Shown: positions 25,601 to 36,410 of the stretch, one piece after another
How positions within the stretch are numbered: the first letter of the stretch is position 1
How the letters are laid out: each line of letters starts with the position of its first letter
Assembly (NCBI RefSeq): GCF_000002075.1
Contig: NW_004797831.1
Location: 423,249 to 487,248 of the forward strand
Direction of reading: 5' to 3'
Origin: Aplysia californica
Taxonomy: Eukaryota
DNA: 64,000 nt
Notes under the pieces: model-generated
What the model was told of the DNA's origin: nothing
What the model saw: only the letters and a program-made list of their open reading frames with translations
The model's database searches: none
Made by a program: the position numbers and the translations under genes

Positions 25601-26251
25601 AGTACATATCCCATTCCCCTAAACTTAAACCCTAGGTAACCTGCAGCTGTATAACAGCTGCTGAGGCAGAGATCAAAGTTAAATGTTAATTAATCTGCTA
25701 CAGATCTGTCCAGGAACCCAAATTATAGTCTGTTACCCACATCCCCATACTATGTTTCTCTGATACATCTTATAATGAGTACACAGTTTAATTTGTTGCT
25801 TGAAATTAGCAGAACTCTACAAACAAATAATATCCGATTCTGAAATATGGCTGATGGTGTTAATTCATCGCCTTCTTTTGGATGACCGTGTAAAGGTTAG
25901 CAGTGTTCTTCACACACACCTAACATAGAGTTTGGCAGACTATTCAGACAGCAGGTATCATGATCCCATGTCCCATTTGTCAAACAGGTAGATCTAAGTC
26001 TAGATCTAGGCCTATCAATGGTCATGTTCATCAAGATCAAATTTCAGTGCCGCCATAGCAACCGCTTTAATTTTTGTGGAGAAGGGTTTTCCTCATGAAC
26101 AGTAAAAGATTTGCAAGCAAAGACAAAATAAAAGGCAAATCACTTTACAAAAACATTCCATGGTATGTGATACAAACCTTGGAGTACTGTGTGTAAACAG
26201 ATTCCTCCCGAAATTGTTGTTGATTGGGATAGCTCTTTGCTTGTCCGACAT
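19468..26251 (-). CDS. TEX43: TEX43/SPMIP10-like sperm or ciliary microtubule inner protein, 4 exons, 134 aa
   Basis: Exons 26251-26178, 24432-24412, 21013-20920, 19683-19468 join in frame (405 nt): MSDKQRAIP...IRIPEYSRSHPIVPKLYVPEWKTDMQNR...GGIPNYEHDENLFLEKRE...ETSRYQS. This matches the TEX43 pattern as I recall it (P.FS....IP..YV.PWK..M..R; D.LFL...E; SRYQS). Confidence 0.75.
19719..19978 (+). mobile_element. tRNA-derived SINE, family B
   Basis: A box TGGCGAAGTGG, B box GGTTCGAGCC; homologous copies at 32465 and 48085. Confidence 0.8.
20575..20748 (-). mobile_element. Family A copy in a TEX43-like intron
   Basis: reverse complement of family A; flanking duplication CAATGTTTT. Confidence 0.8.
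20920..21013 (-). CDS. TEX43: TEX43-like exon 3
   Basis: gatag|A IPEYSRSHPIVPKLYVPEWKTDMQNRSIITE|gtttgt. Confidence 0.82.
22008..22189. mobile_element. MITE with an inverted homologous copy at ~43695-43877
   Basis: imperfect TIR CTGT.CCCG.GG.TTTATGCAC; shared internal sequence. Confidence 0.65.
22889..23036. other. Assembly gap (others at 61525-61855 and 62085-62332)
   Basis: N runs. Confidence 0.99.
23215..23400 (+). mobile_element. LINE/SINE 3'-end family with (TCTTA)n tail; also at ~15250-15492 and ~17675-17772
   Basis: shared GTACGTG.TGAAACAC.AAA.CAA.GT.CCAGGATC.GGACA.TAAAGAT. Confidence 0.6.
24412..24432 (-). CDS. TEX43: TEX43-like 21-nt microexon (S)KKSKSI(R)
   Basis: tattctag|CAAGAAGAGTAAGTCAATCAG|gtaagt, frame-preserving, phase 2-2. 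Confidence 0.55.
26049..26062. promoter_or_regulatory. RFX X-box-like motif in intron 1 of the TEX43-like gene
   Basis: GCCGCCATAGCAAC versus the X-box consensus GTNRCCATRGYAAC; RFX factors drive ciliary genes. Confidence 0.5.
26178..26251 (-). CDS. TEX43: TEX43-like exon 1
   Basis: aaaATGT start context, donor CCAAG|gtttgt, phase 2 compatible with the downstream exons; lies next to the promoter. Confidence 0.6.
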
Positions 26252-26422
26252 TTTCAAACAATTCTCTTGTTTCCAATGCACACTCTCGCAGAATCTCACT
26301 CGACTGTGCGAGATGGAAACAATAAACGAGAGTTCAACTGATAAGATGGCGTCGAGTGTACACACAGACTAGGAAGAAACCTTGATTTTATCCTAATTCT
26401 TTTCTTCTTTGAAATGTTAAAT
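26252..26422. promoter_or_regulatory. Bidirectional promoter and non-coding first exon of the GPATCH2-family gene
   Basis: TEX43-like ATG (-) at 26251; YY1-like AAGATGGCG at 26343-26351 (+); donor AAT|gtaagt after 26422; locally CpG-rich. Confidence 0.55.
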
Positions 26423-28453
26423 GTAAGTATTAGCCCTATAAAAATGACATTTTATCATATAGATCGGAATGTTACTTTTTCAACTCCCCTTATCATTACC
26501 ATTGGTCAAATTGTGTGTTGGTGAGATTTTGTTTTGATAAACACACAACTGAAAAGTCAGAAAAGTACCAAAGTCGGGTAACAGCTGACAGCTGCAGTCT
26601 AGGCTAGTCAAGCCGAGTTGTTAAAAGATCCTCACTCTAAAGTCGAAAGCCTTGTTCTTATGGAGTGTGCAATATCATTGCGTATCAATAGGATCAAGTA
26701 GATCTAATTGGTGAAAATGTGCATGATGTGTTTGATCATGTTTTCTGGTTCCATGAAACTCATATCTGTGTAGGGGCCTCCTCTGTTCTGCTGTCTATAA
26801 GATTTTATTTTGAAATAGGCAAGTGGAGCAGCTATTCTCTGGCGTCGCGCCGGTCAGTAGATCAATGGCTATTCGGCCAGAAAATTGCCACTTGCTTTTT
26901 AAAATTCAAAATGCTGTGAGTGTGAAAATCATGAACACAGCACCAACCAGCACAGCATTCTCACCAATAGTATAGAGTGGCAATTGAATGGGGCGTAATA
27001 AACTTTTGGAATTGGAATTTGGAAAATTAATATTTTGTAATATTTAATCTTAGCCTTAGCTGAGACAAAAGATGGTAGCCTGTAACTTTCAGTGCCTGTG
27101 TCAATTAGTGGGTTTCTCACGGAAAAGTCTAGAGACTAGAGAGTCACAGAATTAGCTACCTTGTAGTGAATTTTTCAACCTAAAAAAAATGTGTTGTGGA
27201 CTCAGGCGCTTGTCGAATTTGGGGATTTTTTTGAATTATGAAAGCTTATTCATTTGCCTTACTTTCGTTGGAAAAAATAGGTTACCTGTCTATCTTGAAT
27301 AGAAGTCGAGATATTTGGGATGGAAGGAGATGGGGTCGCCTGGTTTCAGAGGGGTCAAAGTAGCGAGAAAATGGCTACCAATGTTTGGTAAAGTAACTTC
27401 CATAGCTCGAGAGTCCTTGTAAACTGAAAATGTACATATTTTGTGCCTTTAATCAATGTTTTTCAGTAAAACTCACATGGAAATTTGTTTTAAAATGGAC
27501 ATCAAAAGTGTGAGGGAGAAAAAACAAAAATTTGATAAAAATTGCCAAACTAGCGGAAAATGCCAGTTTCTTCAAGTTCGTTATTTTGACGAGCGCCTGA
27601 TTTCACCATGATGCTTCACAAATGCTCGACATGCAAGCAAATGATTTTATTCACAATCTCTAGCTTTGGCCCCAAGACCAAGATCAATGATAAAAACTTA
27701 ACATACATAAAAAAAAATAATGGAAATGGGGTAAAGGTTTGAGGAAGGCGTAGAATTGCAAAATTGCAGGATATTAGGGTAGTAAGTATTTCGTTGGGGT
27801 CAAAACTGGATAAAATCCCATTTTGTTGGCCATGAAAACACAATCTTGTAATTTGAATAAGTAAAGGAGTTGATCTTTTGTGATGGGTATTTCATGTTGG
27901 AATATAGTGCATTTTTTTTACACAGTATGGGAACTGGACTTTGCACAATCATAGGCGTGTACAGAACAGTGTCACAGTAATTTATTGAGTGATGGAGAAA
28001 TCTCCCAGCGCAACATTAAACAACCATCTTAAATGCTGCATAATGGAGAACAATTATTATCCTTTTGGTTTCTATTTTTGACTCATTCCAATCACTTTGT
28101 AATCAAGAGGGGTATCATTTTATCATATTTCGTTATTATTTTTTGGTGGCCAAGAGACTCGAAGTGAGTGTCTGTTGTTCCCAGAAGTTTAAAGTCCTTT
28201 CATTACACTGACTGAGTGGTTAAGTCTGTTTAGGCATGAGTTGTTTGATGCATGTTGCCTGTGATCTTACCGTGTGTGAAGGTTGGTACTCTCCATGCTC
28301 GAGGTTGGTTTGGGGGGGGGGGGGGGGGGGGGACATTGTGGTTGCAGTGGACATGGATCATTGAATTTTTCGACATTGTCTGGTGTCTTTGATATTCTGA
28401 AAAGTAGTGTGTATAATATATCTATTTCCTTTTCAGAATTATATGGAGACCAA

Positions 28454-29220
28454 ATGGAGAACAACATTGTGAAAGATTTTGAAAACTTAAAAGTGTTTGC
28501 AGCGCAACACAAATACATCAGGATGGATGAGTTGGTGCAGGATCTGACCATGGCCCTGGAGGAGACGGCCAGTGTCAGCAGACCTGGTGCTTCTCTTCCG
28601 GACAGTGTCGGCCCCAATGCTTGTCCCAGGAGGTTTGTCAAGAAACGGAGAGGAATTCGCCGCTCTTCGAGCAACAACTACTACTGGAAACGGGGCACGA
28701 TCAGTGAGGCGTCGGAGAGTAGCGTGGAAGAGCAGACCATGAGAGACTACGCTGGCAATGTCATCCACAGCGACTCGGATGATCTGGCAGCCTGTCACAG
28801 GATTCCCAAGCTGACCGTTCCCGTGGTTGACCCAGTCCCGCCGGTCGAGTCGGATTCTTTTACGGAGAACCTGTCTCCGATGCGACCCCAGAGGAGGAGG
28901 AGAAAGTACAAGACCATGACCGTGGACTCGTCTCCGCTGACTGACCCGATCCCCTCTGATGCCGACTCGGTTTCTGGCGACAAATGCGTGGGGAAGCGTA
29001 AAGAAGACTCCCCGTCTGCCACCATGGAGCGTCAGTCCTTCTCCGGGCCCCGCAGCTCCTCCTCTACGACCAACATGCCACACTCAGTGACCGCGGGGAA
29101 GAGGAAGCGCAGCAGCAAGAGCCGCACGGAGTACAGTTTTGCCTACTCTCACGGAGACATGAACGCTGTCATGGCCGCTGGGGCCAGCTCCGACAGAATG
29201 GAAGTGGCCAGTGTTTCGCA
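28454..29220 (+). CDS. GPATCH2: GPATCH2-family coding exon 1
   Basis: acceptor tttcag ending at 28436; ATG at 28454, or the conserved MDELV ATG at 28523; donor CA|gtgagt. Confidence 0.88.
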
Positions 29221-32200
29221 GTGAGTACCCTTGCTCTATACTCTATGTTGTTTACTGAATAAAACACCTGAAGTACGATGAACCTCTGCTCTAACAGCCA
29301 TCTGTCCAAGACAATTATCTGTACAAACGACAACTTCCTAACCTTGCATTAAAAAAATATGATATTTTTAATGGCACTTTACTTTTCCGATCCAGCGGCC
29401 ATCTGAGTTCTAGCCCTTTGGCCTGAGTTATAATGACACTCAATGCAGCATTACAGCAACTGCAGCAAACCTGCACTTATCAGTACATGGCATTGGACAG
29501 AAGGGCGAGGGCCCAACTGTTGCTGGATGGGTTGATAACTACAAGAACAGCAACATATTTATAATGACGCATTTGACATCGTCCAAGACGCCCATCTCTC
29601 TAAGACATCCAGTTTTCTCCTGTTCAGTTGGTGGCCATCTTGGACAGTTTGGACTCTGCATGATAAGGCTTATCGTGCAGAGTCCAAAGGGCAAGAGGGA
29701 CAAATAAGTTGAAGCAGAATTGAGTCGTGTCGTGCCATCTGAATTAAAATTACAAGGAGGATTGTATGTTTAATTTCAGTTGCAAATTGTATATTTTTCA
29801 ATGACGCTTTTGTCCCTGTCTATTGGCTTCCTTCCCTAAATGTCTTCTGTGTGTGCGTCTTTTTACAGGGAAAGCTCTCTCAGCAGTAGCGAGTTTGACA
29901 GTGACATCAATGTCAACAATGAGGATGCACGAGAAGGTAAATGCTCTCCTTTGTTGTTTCTAAGACATTGCCTAGTGAAAAATGAATACATTTTTATTTT
30001 CAAAAATTAAAATAATTTTAAAAAAATCTTACTTTGTCAGCTTTGTGCTCCCAACCCCCACCCCTACCAAAAACATGGTTTTCTTCTCTATATAATTGAC
30101 TGTGTCTTTCCTGTTGACAAAAGATAGTAACTAACTGCCAGCGTGCCTTTAGCTTGAGAACCTAGAGATCAGACCTTAAACTTAGTTATGTATTGTTTTT
30201 TTTCACCGGCACCACAGTCACAAGTAATTGATGACAGTCGTATTGTGACTACATCTTTGGAAAATATCCACTAAATGGAAATAGAAATTAAAAAGAAAAT
30301 GAACTCCACTTAATACATCTCTTTGGGAAATTTGTTTTTACAATGATGTAACAGTAGTCATATTAAACCACCTTGTAATCCTTCATTCTGATGAACATTA
30401 TTATGTTTTAAAAAATATTTCCATTTCCAACAGCGGACGATGAGCAGAGTGATTTCTTCCACGAGCCTGGTCCGGCCTGTGGCATCCCCGACATAGTGCC
30501 CTGGTGGGAGAACGAGAGAGTCACGGACGAGCCGCTCCGAGTCGACTCAGATTTTGAGAAAATACTCACCAGCACGTTTGCACACCTGCCAAAATTTTCG
30601 AGCCAGAGCTTTAAAGCAAGGGTGGGACGTCTCATTTCTGGGGTGAGCTTCTAGCTGCATGAAGTGGAAATTATATATTTATCTTGTCTATGCATACTCA
30701 ATTGATTTTTTATACAAATTTCGATGTGCATCTATAAAATGTTAAATTTATTTTCTAAATGAAATTCAAGTCAGTACTGGTAACTTTTGACACGAAAACA
30801 GAAAGGAAACAAAGGCATAAGGTGTCCATGTACAATTTCCAGTGTGTACAGTTTGGTTCGTGTTGTACAAAAATGTAGTGATGTATGTGTGATGATTTGA
30901 GTTATGGACAGGGAGCTAATGATACTGTAGAAAGTTATGATGAAGTTCTTTAGGCATCAGGTTTCATTTTAATGGTCTCCACACTTTCAAAAATTTGTCT
31001 CAACTTCTTTGAAGTATACAAGAGAAAAGTGAAATTAAATAATTTCCAAATTGATTACCTTTCTTTCAGTACAAATGGTTTGCTTTAAACATTGCTCCAC
31101 ATTTTGTTTACAGAGTGGTCGAGAAATTCGCCTCGGAAGGAGAAAGCTGAAAGGGAAGGTAAGGCAAAATCGCTTTCCTTGTATATAATACAGATTGGTT
31201 ATTTATTTGGAGTCTTTGTCATAGATGGCTAGTTTTCTTTTTCCTGTACTTCTATGTGACTTGACATAATAAGAGAAGTGTTTTATGGATAAGGGATAAC
31301 TTTAGTGAAAATGGTGAGATGGTATGGAGGTTTAACACTCCAATCAACACTATTAGGTTATTTAAGAGGCGGGGATAACTTTAATGATTTTGTCCTAATT
31401 TCTTTGTGATGTAAATTTCTCTTTGTTCTTTCCCTTAAAACTTCATCAGTTGATGTTTATGTTCTTTTCTTTTATGCTTGGCAGATGAATGCTGTTGAAA
31501 TTAGTGTAGGAGTATTTTTGTGTTCTTAGACATTTTTGTTGTACAATATTGTCTTGATACATTCTTTGTAGTCAGTCCAGTGACAGAAATATGCAATTTT
31601 TGACCCATGATAAGAGATATGTGCACAACCTGCAGTTTTTCTTTCTTTCTTATTATGGAAACTTTATTCAGCAAATAAGTGTTTTATATGATGTGATGTG
31701 GGCCAATGGCCTTAAATTTGAATAAACTTACTTACTTACTTACTTGTAGTCAGTCTTTGTATCCTCTCACTGTCAGTGGGTGGTTGGCGGGTGCTCTGGT
31801 GTGGTTTTTACTCCTTCTTTCCTATCAAACATCTGTTCTCCTTATTTCCCCGCCTTCTTTTTTGTGTATGTTACTCTCTTGTAACACATAATCTACTCTT
31901 CGGCACTTGTATGACCTTATTCTGTAGCAAGTGCCGTAAAACTCTTATTAAAACTATAAAAAAACCGCTGAATAAAATTACTTATTTACTTACTTGTAGT
32001 CAGTCCTTTAACTTCAAGTATCCTATGCGGGTGGTTGGCGGGTGCTCTGGTGTGGTTTGCTCCTTCTTTCCTATAAAAAAATCAGTCGTCTCTATCTCCC
32101 CTCCTTTTTTTTGTGTTTGTTACTCTCTTGTAACACCTCAAATCTTCTGGCTCTCATATGACCTTATGCAGTTGCGAGCGCCGTAAAACCTCTACTAAAA

Positions 32201-33483
32201 CTAAACTAAAGTATCCTCTCACTGTCTCTCTGTGTAAAGATGCCGCGGTACACGGTGGGCAAGTTTCTCCAAGACCGCGAGCACTGGAACAGAATGCAAG
32301 GCCACCACAACGCCAGCTGCCCCCTGCCCGGCTGCAGCAACAGCACCAGCAACAACAGCAACGGTCACGTCACCGAGTTCAAGAGGAGGCGGCACGTGCC
32401 ACGGAATACGCCTGCTGTAGATGGTGAGATGATTGGGAATGTAGATAACCTAATAATTATGGTAAAAGTAAAGCTGTTCCCGCATCCGATCCGGACATAG
32501 GGGATTGCCTTGTTAGTGAGACAACTTCCTGGGCCTTCGGCATATTGTGGCAGGGTGGCCAGTTCCTTTCCAGGCCGCTTTTACCTCCGCAACTCGGAAG
32601 TCAGGTACCCATTACTACTGCTGGGTGGACAGGAGGGGGCGAAAAAAGTCTGTGTCCGAACCGAGGCTCGAACCCAGACTTTCCGCTTCGGAGACGAGCG
32701 AATAATAATGGTAATCAAATAGAATTTGTATTAAGCACATCCCGGCTTCCGAGATGCCAACTCTCATGATTTTGGAGTGAGACTCACGAAAACACAACCA
32801 GTCTCACGCTGCAACGCCTTTCTGTGTGATCTCACGAATTATCGTGGTCGGGTTGAATAGAATCTTATTTGGAAGAAAAATCATTGGGACACCGGTCGCA
32901 ATAGTCGTAAGACTCATCATTGCAAACCGCTTCAGTTTCCACTGAAGTTTTGATCTGCCATTTGGGCCTAATATGCCATTGCTGATCATGTATGATCATG
33001 TATTTGGCTCTCCTCTTTTTTCGCGTGTTGAAGCATTTTGGTTTCGTTACTCCAGACTCGTCTTGTGTGGTTTTTGGGGTTATTGAATACCATATTACCA
33101 CCTGTTACGCAGTCTCACTAAAAAAATTCAAATCTCATGAAAAATTTTCTTGGATCTCACTAAACGGTTTCATCTTAGGTTGGCATCTCTGCAGCTTAGT
33201 GACAAGCTCTTTATTCTTGAAAATCAAGAATGTCACCCCAGCAGACCCTAGAACTCCAGGAAACATTCTTGGCTGCCCGGGAAGCATATATAGTTATAAC
33301 TTATAATGCAAGCTGCCAATGAAGTACTCAAACACAAACAAATGGACAAGATCTTTTGCTGTGTATAGCGGGGTATTCTTTTCCCTAAGGACACAATGAC
33401 TGGCCCCCGGCGGGGTTCAAGTCCACAAACATTAGCGGGGAAGGATAAACATGAAGTCTCTCTTGAGAGAGAGAGAGAGAGAC

Positions 33484-33542
<59 letters not shown>

Positions 33543-34245
33543 CAGAGAGAGCTGTGATGAGAGAGAGAGAGAGAGCTGTGATGAGAGAGAGAGAGATATG
33601 ACCTTTCTATCTGATGGCAAGGGACATTTTCATTGCATACATCACAGAAGTGTTCAGCGGTAGCGTAGATTTAGCCTGTACACTTCGGCTACCTGTGGGC
33701 AATCTTTGGTCACATGAATGCAAGTATCGGACACGGAAGTCATTAATTTTTCCCTTTGTGGGTGGTTGTCAGGTGCTCTGGTGTGGTTTACTTCTTCTTT
33801 CCTATCAAACATCTATCGTCTTTATCTCCCCTCTTTCTTTTTTGTGTTTGTGACTCTCTTGCTACACCTCTAATCTTCCGCAATTATATGACCTGTTGTG
33901 TGGTGCAAGTGCCGTGAAACTCTTACTAAATCTAAAACTCTCTCCTCTTCTTCTTTTTTGTGTTTGTTACTCTCTTGTAACACCTCTAATCTTGGGCATT
34001 TATATGACCTTATTGTGTTGCCGTAAAACACTTTCTAAAACTACCTAATTTCTCCCTTCTGTGTTGGTTTGTCGTGGGCAGGAATGAGCGGGCAGACGTC
34101 GGACCCCGTGTCGGAGACCAACATTCCCCCCAAGATCCAGCGACCGGTGCCCAGCCCGTGCCGCAAAGTGTCGCCGGTGCCGGCCGTGAGGAGAAGCACG
34201 CGCAACAAAGCTTGTGTCTCCTACACCAACGTGTCTGACTCGTGA
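28454..34245 (+). CDS. GPATCH2: GPATCH2/GPATCH2L family protein lacking an intact G-patch, 6 coding exons, 455-478 aa
   Basis: Exons 28454 (or 28523)-29220, 29869-29936, 30434-30642, 31114-31158, 32240-32423, 34082-34245 in frame. Family motifs MDELVQDL..ALEE, KRRG.RR, SEASESS, DSDD, ESDSFTEN, RP.RRRRK, ADDEQSDFF.E...ACGI..IVPWWE. Confidence 0.85.
29869..29936 (+). CDS. GPATCH2: GPATCH2-family exon (ESSLSSSEFDSDINVNNEDARE)
   Basis: ttacag| phase 2, donor G|gtaaat. Confidence 0.82.
30434..30642 (+). CDS. GPATCH2: GPATCH2-family exon (ADDEQSDFF..ACGIPDIVPWWE)
   Basis: conserved motif, aacag| ... GGG|gtgagc. Confidence 0.9.
31114..31158 (+). CDS. GPATCH2: GPATCH2-family exon (SGREIRLGRRKLKGK)
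   Basis: ttacag|45 nt|gtaagg. Confidence 0.78.
31776..32210 (+). mobile_element. Two family A copies upstream of the GPATCH2 exon at 32240
   Basis: duplicated flanks TTACTTGTAGTCAGTC, GTATCCTCTCACTGTC and AAGTATCCT. Confidence 0.8.
32240..32423 (+). CDS. GPATCH2: GPATCH2-family exon
   Basis: taaag|MPRYTVGKFLQDREHW...KRRRH..VD G|gtgaga. Confidence 0.75.
32462..32700 (-). mobile_element. tRNA-derived SINE, family B (5' clipped)
   Basis: reverse complement of the 19719 copy. Confidence 0.8.
33758..34043 (+). mobile_element. Family A copy plus partial duplicate before the GPATCH2 terminal exon
   Basis: sequence similarity; imperfect flank duplication TAATTT(T/C)TCCCTT. Confidence 0.75.
34082..34245 (+). 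CDS. GPATCH2: GPATCH2-family terminal exon
   Basis: ggcag| phase 1 GMSGQTSDPVSETNIPPKIQRP...VSDS* (TGA). Confidence 0.72.
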
Positions 34246-34269
34246 AAGGCTGTTGGAGGGCGAGGGACA

Positions 34270-35275
34270 GACTTACGGAGGCAGTTGGTTGACAGTGACA
34301 GATTTGTGGAGACTATTTGCTGACAATGACTGATTTGCGGAGACTATTTGCTGACAATGACTGATTTGCAGAGACTATTTGCTGACAATGACTGATTTGC
34401 GGAGACTATTTGCAGACAGTGACAGATTTGTGGAGACTATTTGCTGACAGTGACAGATTTGTGGAGACTATTTGCTGACAATGACTGATTTGCGGAGACT
34501 ATTTGCTGACAATGACTGATTTGCGGAGACTATTTGCTGACAGTGACAGATTTGTGGAGACTATTTGCTGACAGTGACAGATTTGTGGAGACTATTTGCT
34601 GACAATGACTGATTTGCGGAGACTATTTGCTGACAGTGACAGATTTGTGGAGACTATTTGCGGACAATGACAGATTTGTGGAAAACTATTGACTGACTGA
34701 CCAATTTGCTGAAAACTATTGGCTGACAATGACAAATTTGTGAAGACTGTTGACAGACTGATAGATTTGTGAAGACTATTGGCTAACAATGACATATTTT
34801 GCTGAAAACTATTGGCTGACAATGACAGATTTGAGAAAACTATTTGCTGACAATGTCAGATTTGCTGAAAACTATTGACTGACAATGATACATTTGTGAA
34901 AACTATTGACTGACAATGACAGATTTGAGAAAAGTATTGGCAGACAATGTCAGATTTGAGAAAACTATTGACTGACAGTGACAGATTTTGCTGAAAACTA
35001 TTGGCTGACAATGATAGGTTTGCTGAAGACTATTGGCTGACAATGATAGATTTGAGATGACTATTAACGGGCATGACAGATTTGTGAAGGCAGTTGGCTG
35101 AATATAACGGATTGCTGAAAACCATTGGCTGACAATGACAGATTTGTGAAAACTGTTTGCTAACAATGACATATTTGCTGAAAACTATTGGCTGACAATG
35201 ACATATTTGAGAAGACTTTAGACGGGCATGACATATTTGGGAAGGCAGTTGACTGACCATGACAGATTTGGCTGG
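34270..35275. repeat. 31-bp minisatellite, ~30 copies, directly after the GPATCH2 stop
   Basis: GCTGACA(A/G)TGAC(T/A)GATTTG(C/T)GGAGACTATTT. Confidence 0.92.
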
Positions 35276-36410
35276 CAATGTCAGAGTGACGTGAGATTTG
35301 TGGAAGCTATTGACTTGAAATGTCAGACGTGTAAAGGAAGTTAGCTCGCGGTGTTGGCGACGAGGGACATGAAGGCCACGGGCTGGCTGTGGTTGGGTGG
35401 TTGTGATAAGGAATTGTCCTGAATGGTGGAGAGTTGAAGGTCGAATTTCTGTATTTTTTGCTCGTTCTTTCTGGAATGAGTTGATGTGTAGTGTCCAACC
35501 CCTTGATTCTTTACCTTTTTTCAAATTTTGAAAATGAAATAGTAAATGATTTGAAATGCTACCATATATATATATGAATTAATGTTGTATTTCTGTCTTC
35601 TTCTCTCCTTCTCTGTCCCAAGTGTCATGGCTAGGTGTTGAAACCACAGGCCATGAGGACTAAATGTTGACTATATTGTTGGTGCTGTTGCAGGAATGTG
35701 GTGTTACACTGTTTGTCCCTGATTTACTGGGGGAGGGAAAAAATAGACACTGGAGTTGCTCATATTTCTTGTGACACCGCAGATAATTTTTATATCTATA
35801 TATATTGGCCTGTGGCACCTTCTGTAACTTTTATCTAAGGAAACCTTACTACAGGCTCTGCGCACACTCGGATTTTGGGGTTAGGTGGGCTTGAAAGTTG
35901 CAGGGGACCAATAGAAATGAAAACCTACTCCAAAAAGCAAGGCTTCTAGATATCTAGATATGGGTGCCCTCGAATGCACTCAAAAGGTGGATCTGAATAG
36001 CAATTGTCCCTAAAACTGCTTGTTAGAGACTCCAGCTATTGGTAGGGTGTGACTTGTTACGGGCTCTTACAGTCTGTGAGGGTTGTTAGACTCTGCCTCT
36101 ATTGGTCAGATTTTCACAAGTAAATGCAAAGTAGCCAGTTAATGAGGGGAAATAGCATTGTAACCTTTTGCGCCATCTTCTATAGCATTGTAGAAAAATG
36201 TTGATGCTACATGCACAAAGAGTCGACGTCCAAATAGTGATCCTTGCCAAGGCTAAGATCTGGCTCCTTTATCCCGAGGAGCCATGTATCAGAGGTCACC
36301 TATAGTCCCATCCCCCTCGTGTTCTAGTTCCCAGAGCCTTACCCTTACAGGACCTTTGCCCCTGAGCTCCCTTGAGTAGACTGCTAGATTTGTGCCATGG
36401 ATGCTGAGGT

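Noticed and set aside
25737-25768. Alternative phase-2 first exon for the TEX43-like gene (MYQRNIVWGC); also a short ATG-donor near 21250
   Set aside because: Frame-compatible but with weaker context than the promoter-adjacent 26251 start; cannot be fully excluded.
28487-29083. 198-aa antisense ORF (also antisense ORFs at 13487-14181 and 15891-16296)
   Set aside because: Shadows of GC-rich sense exons with no independent motifs.
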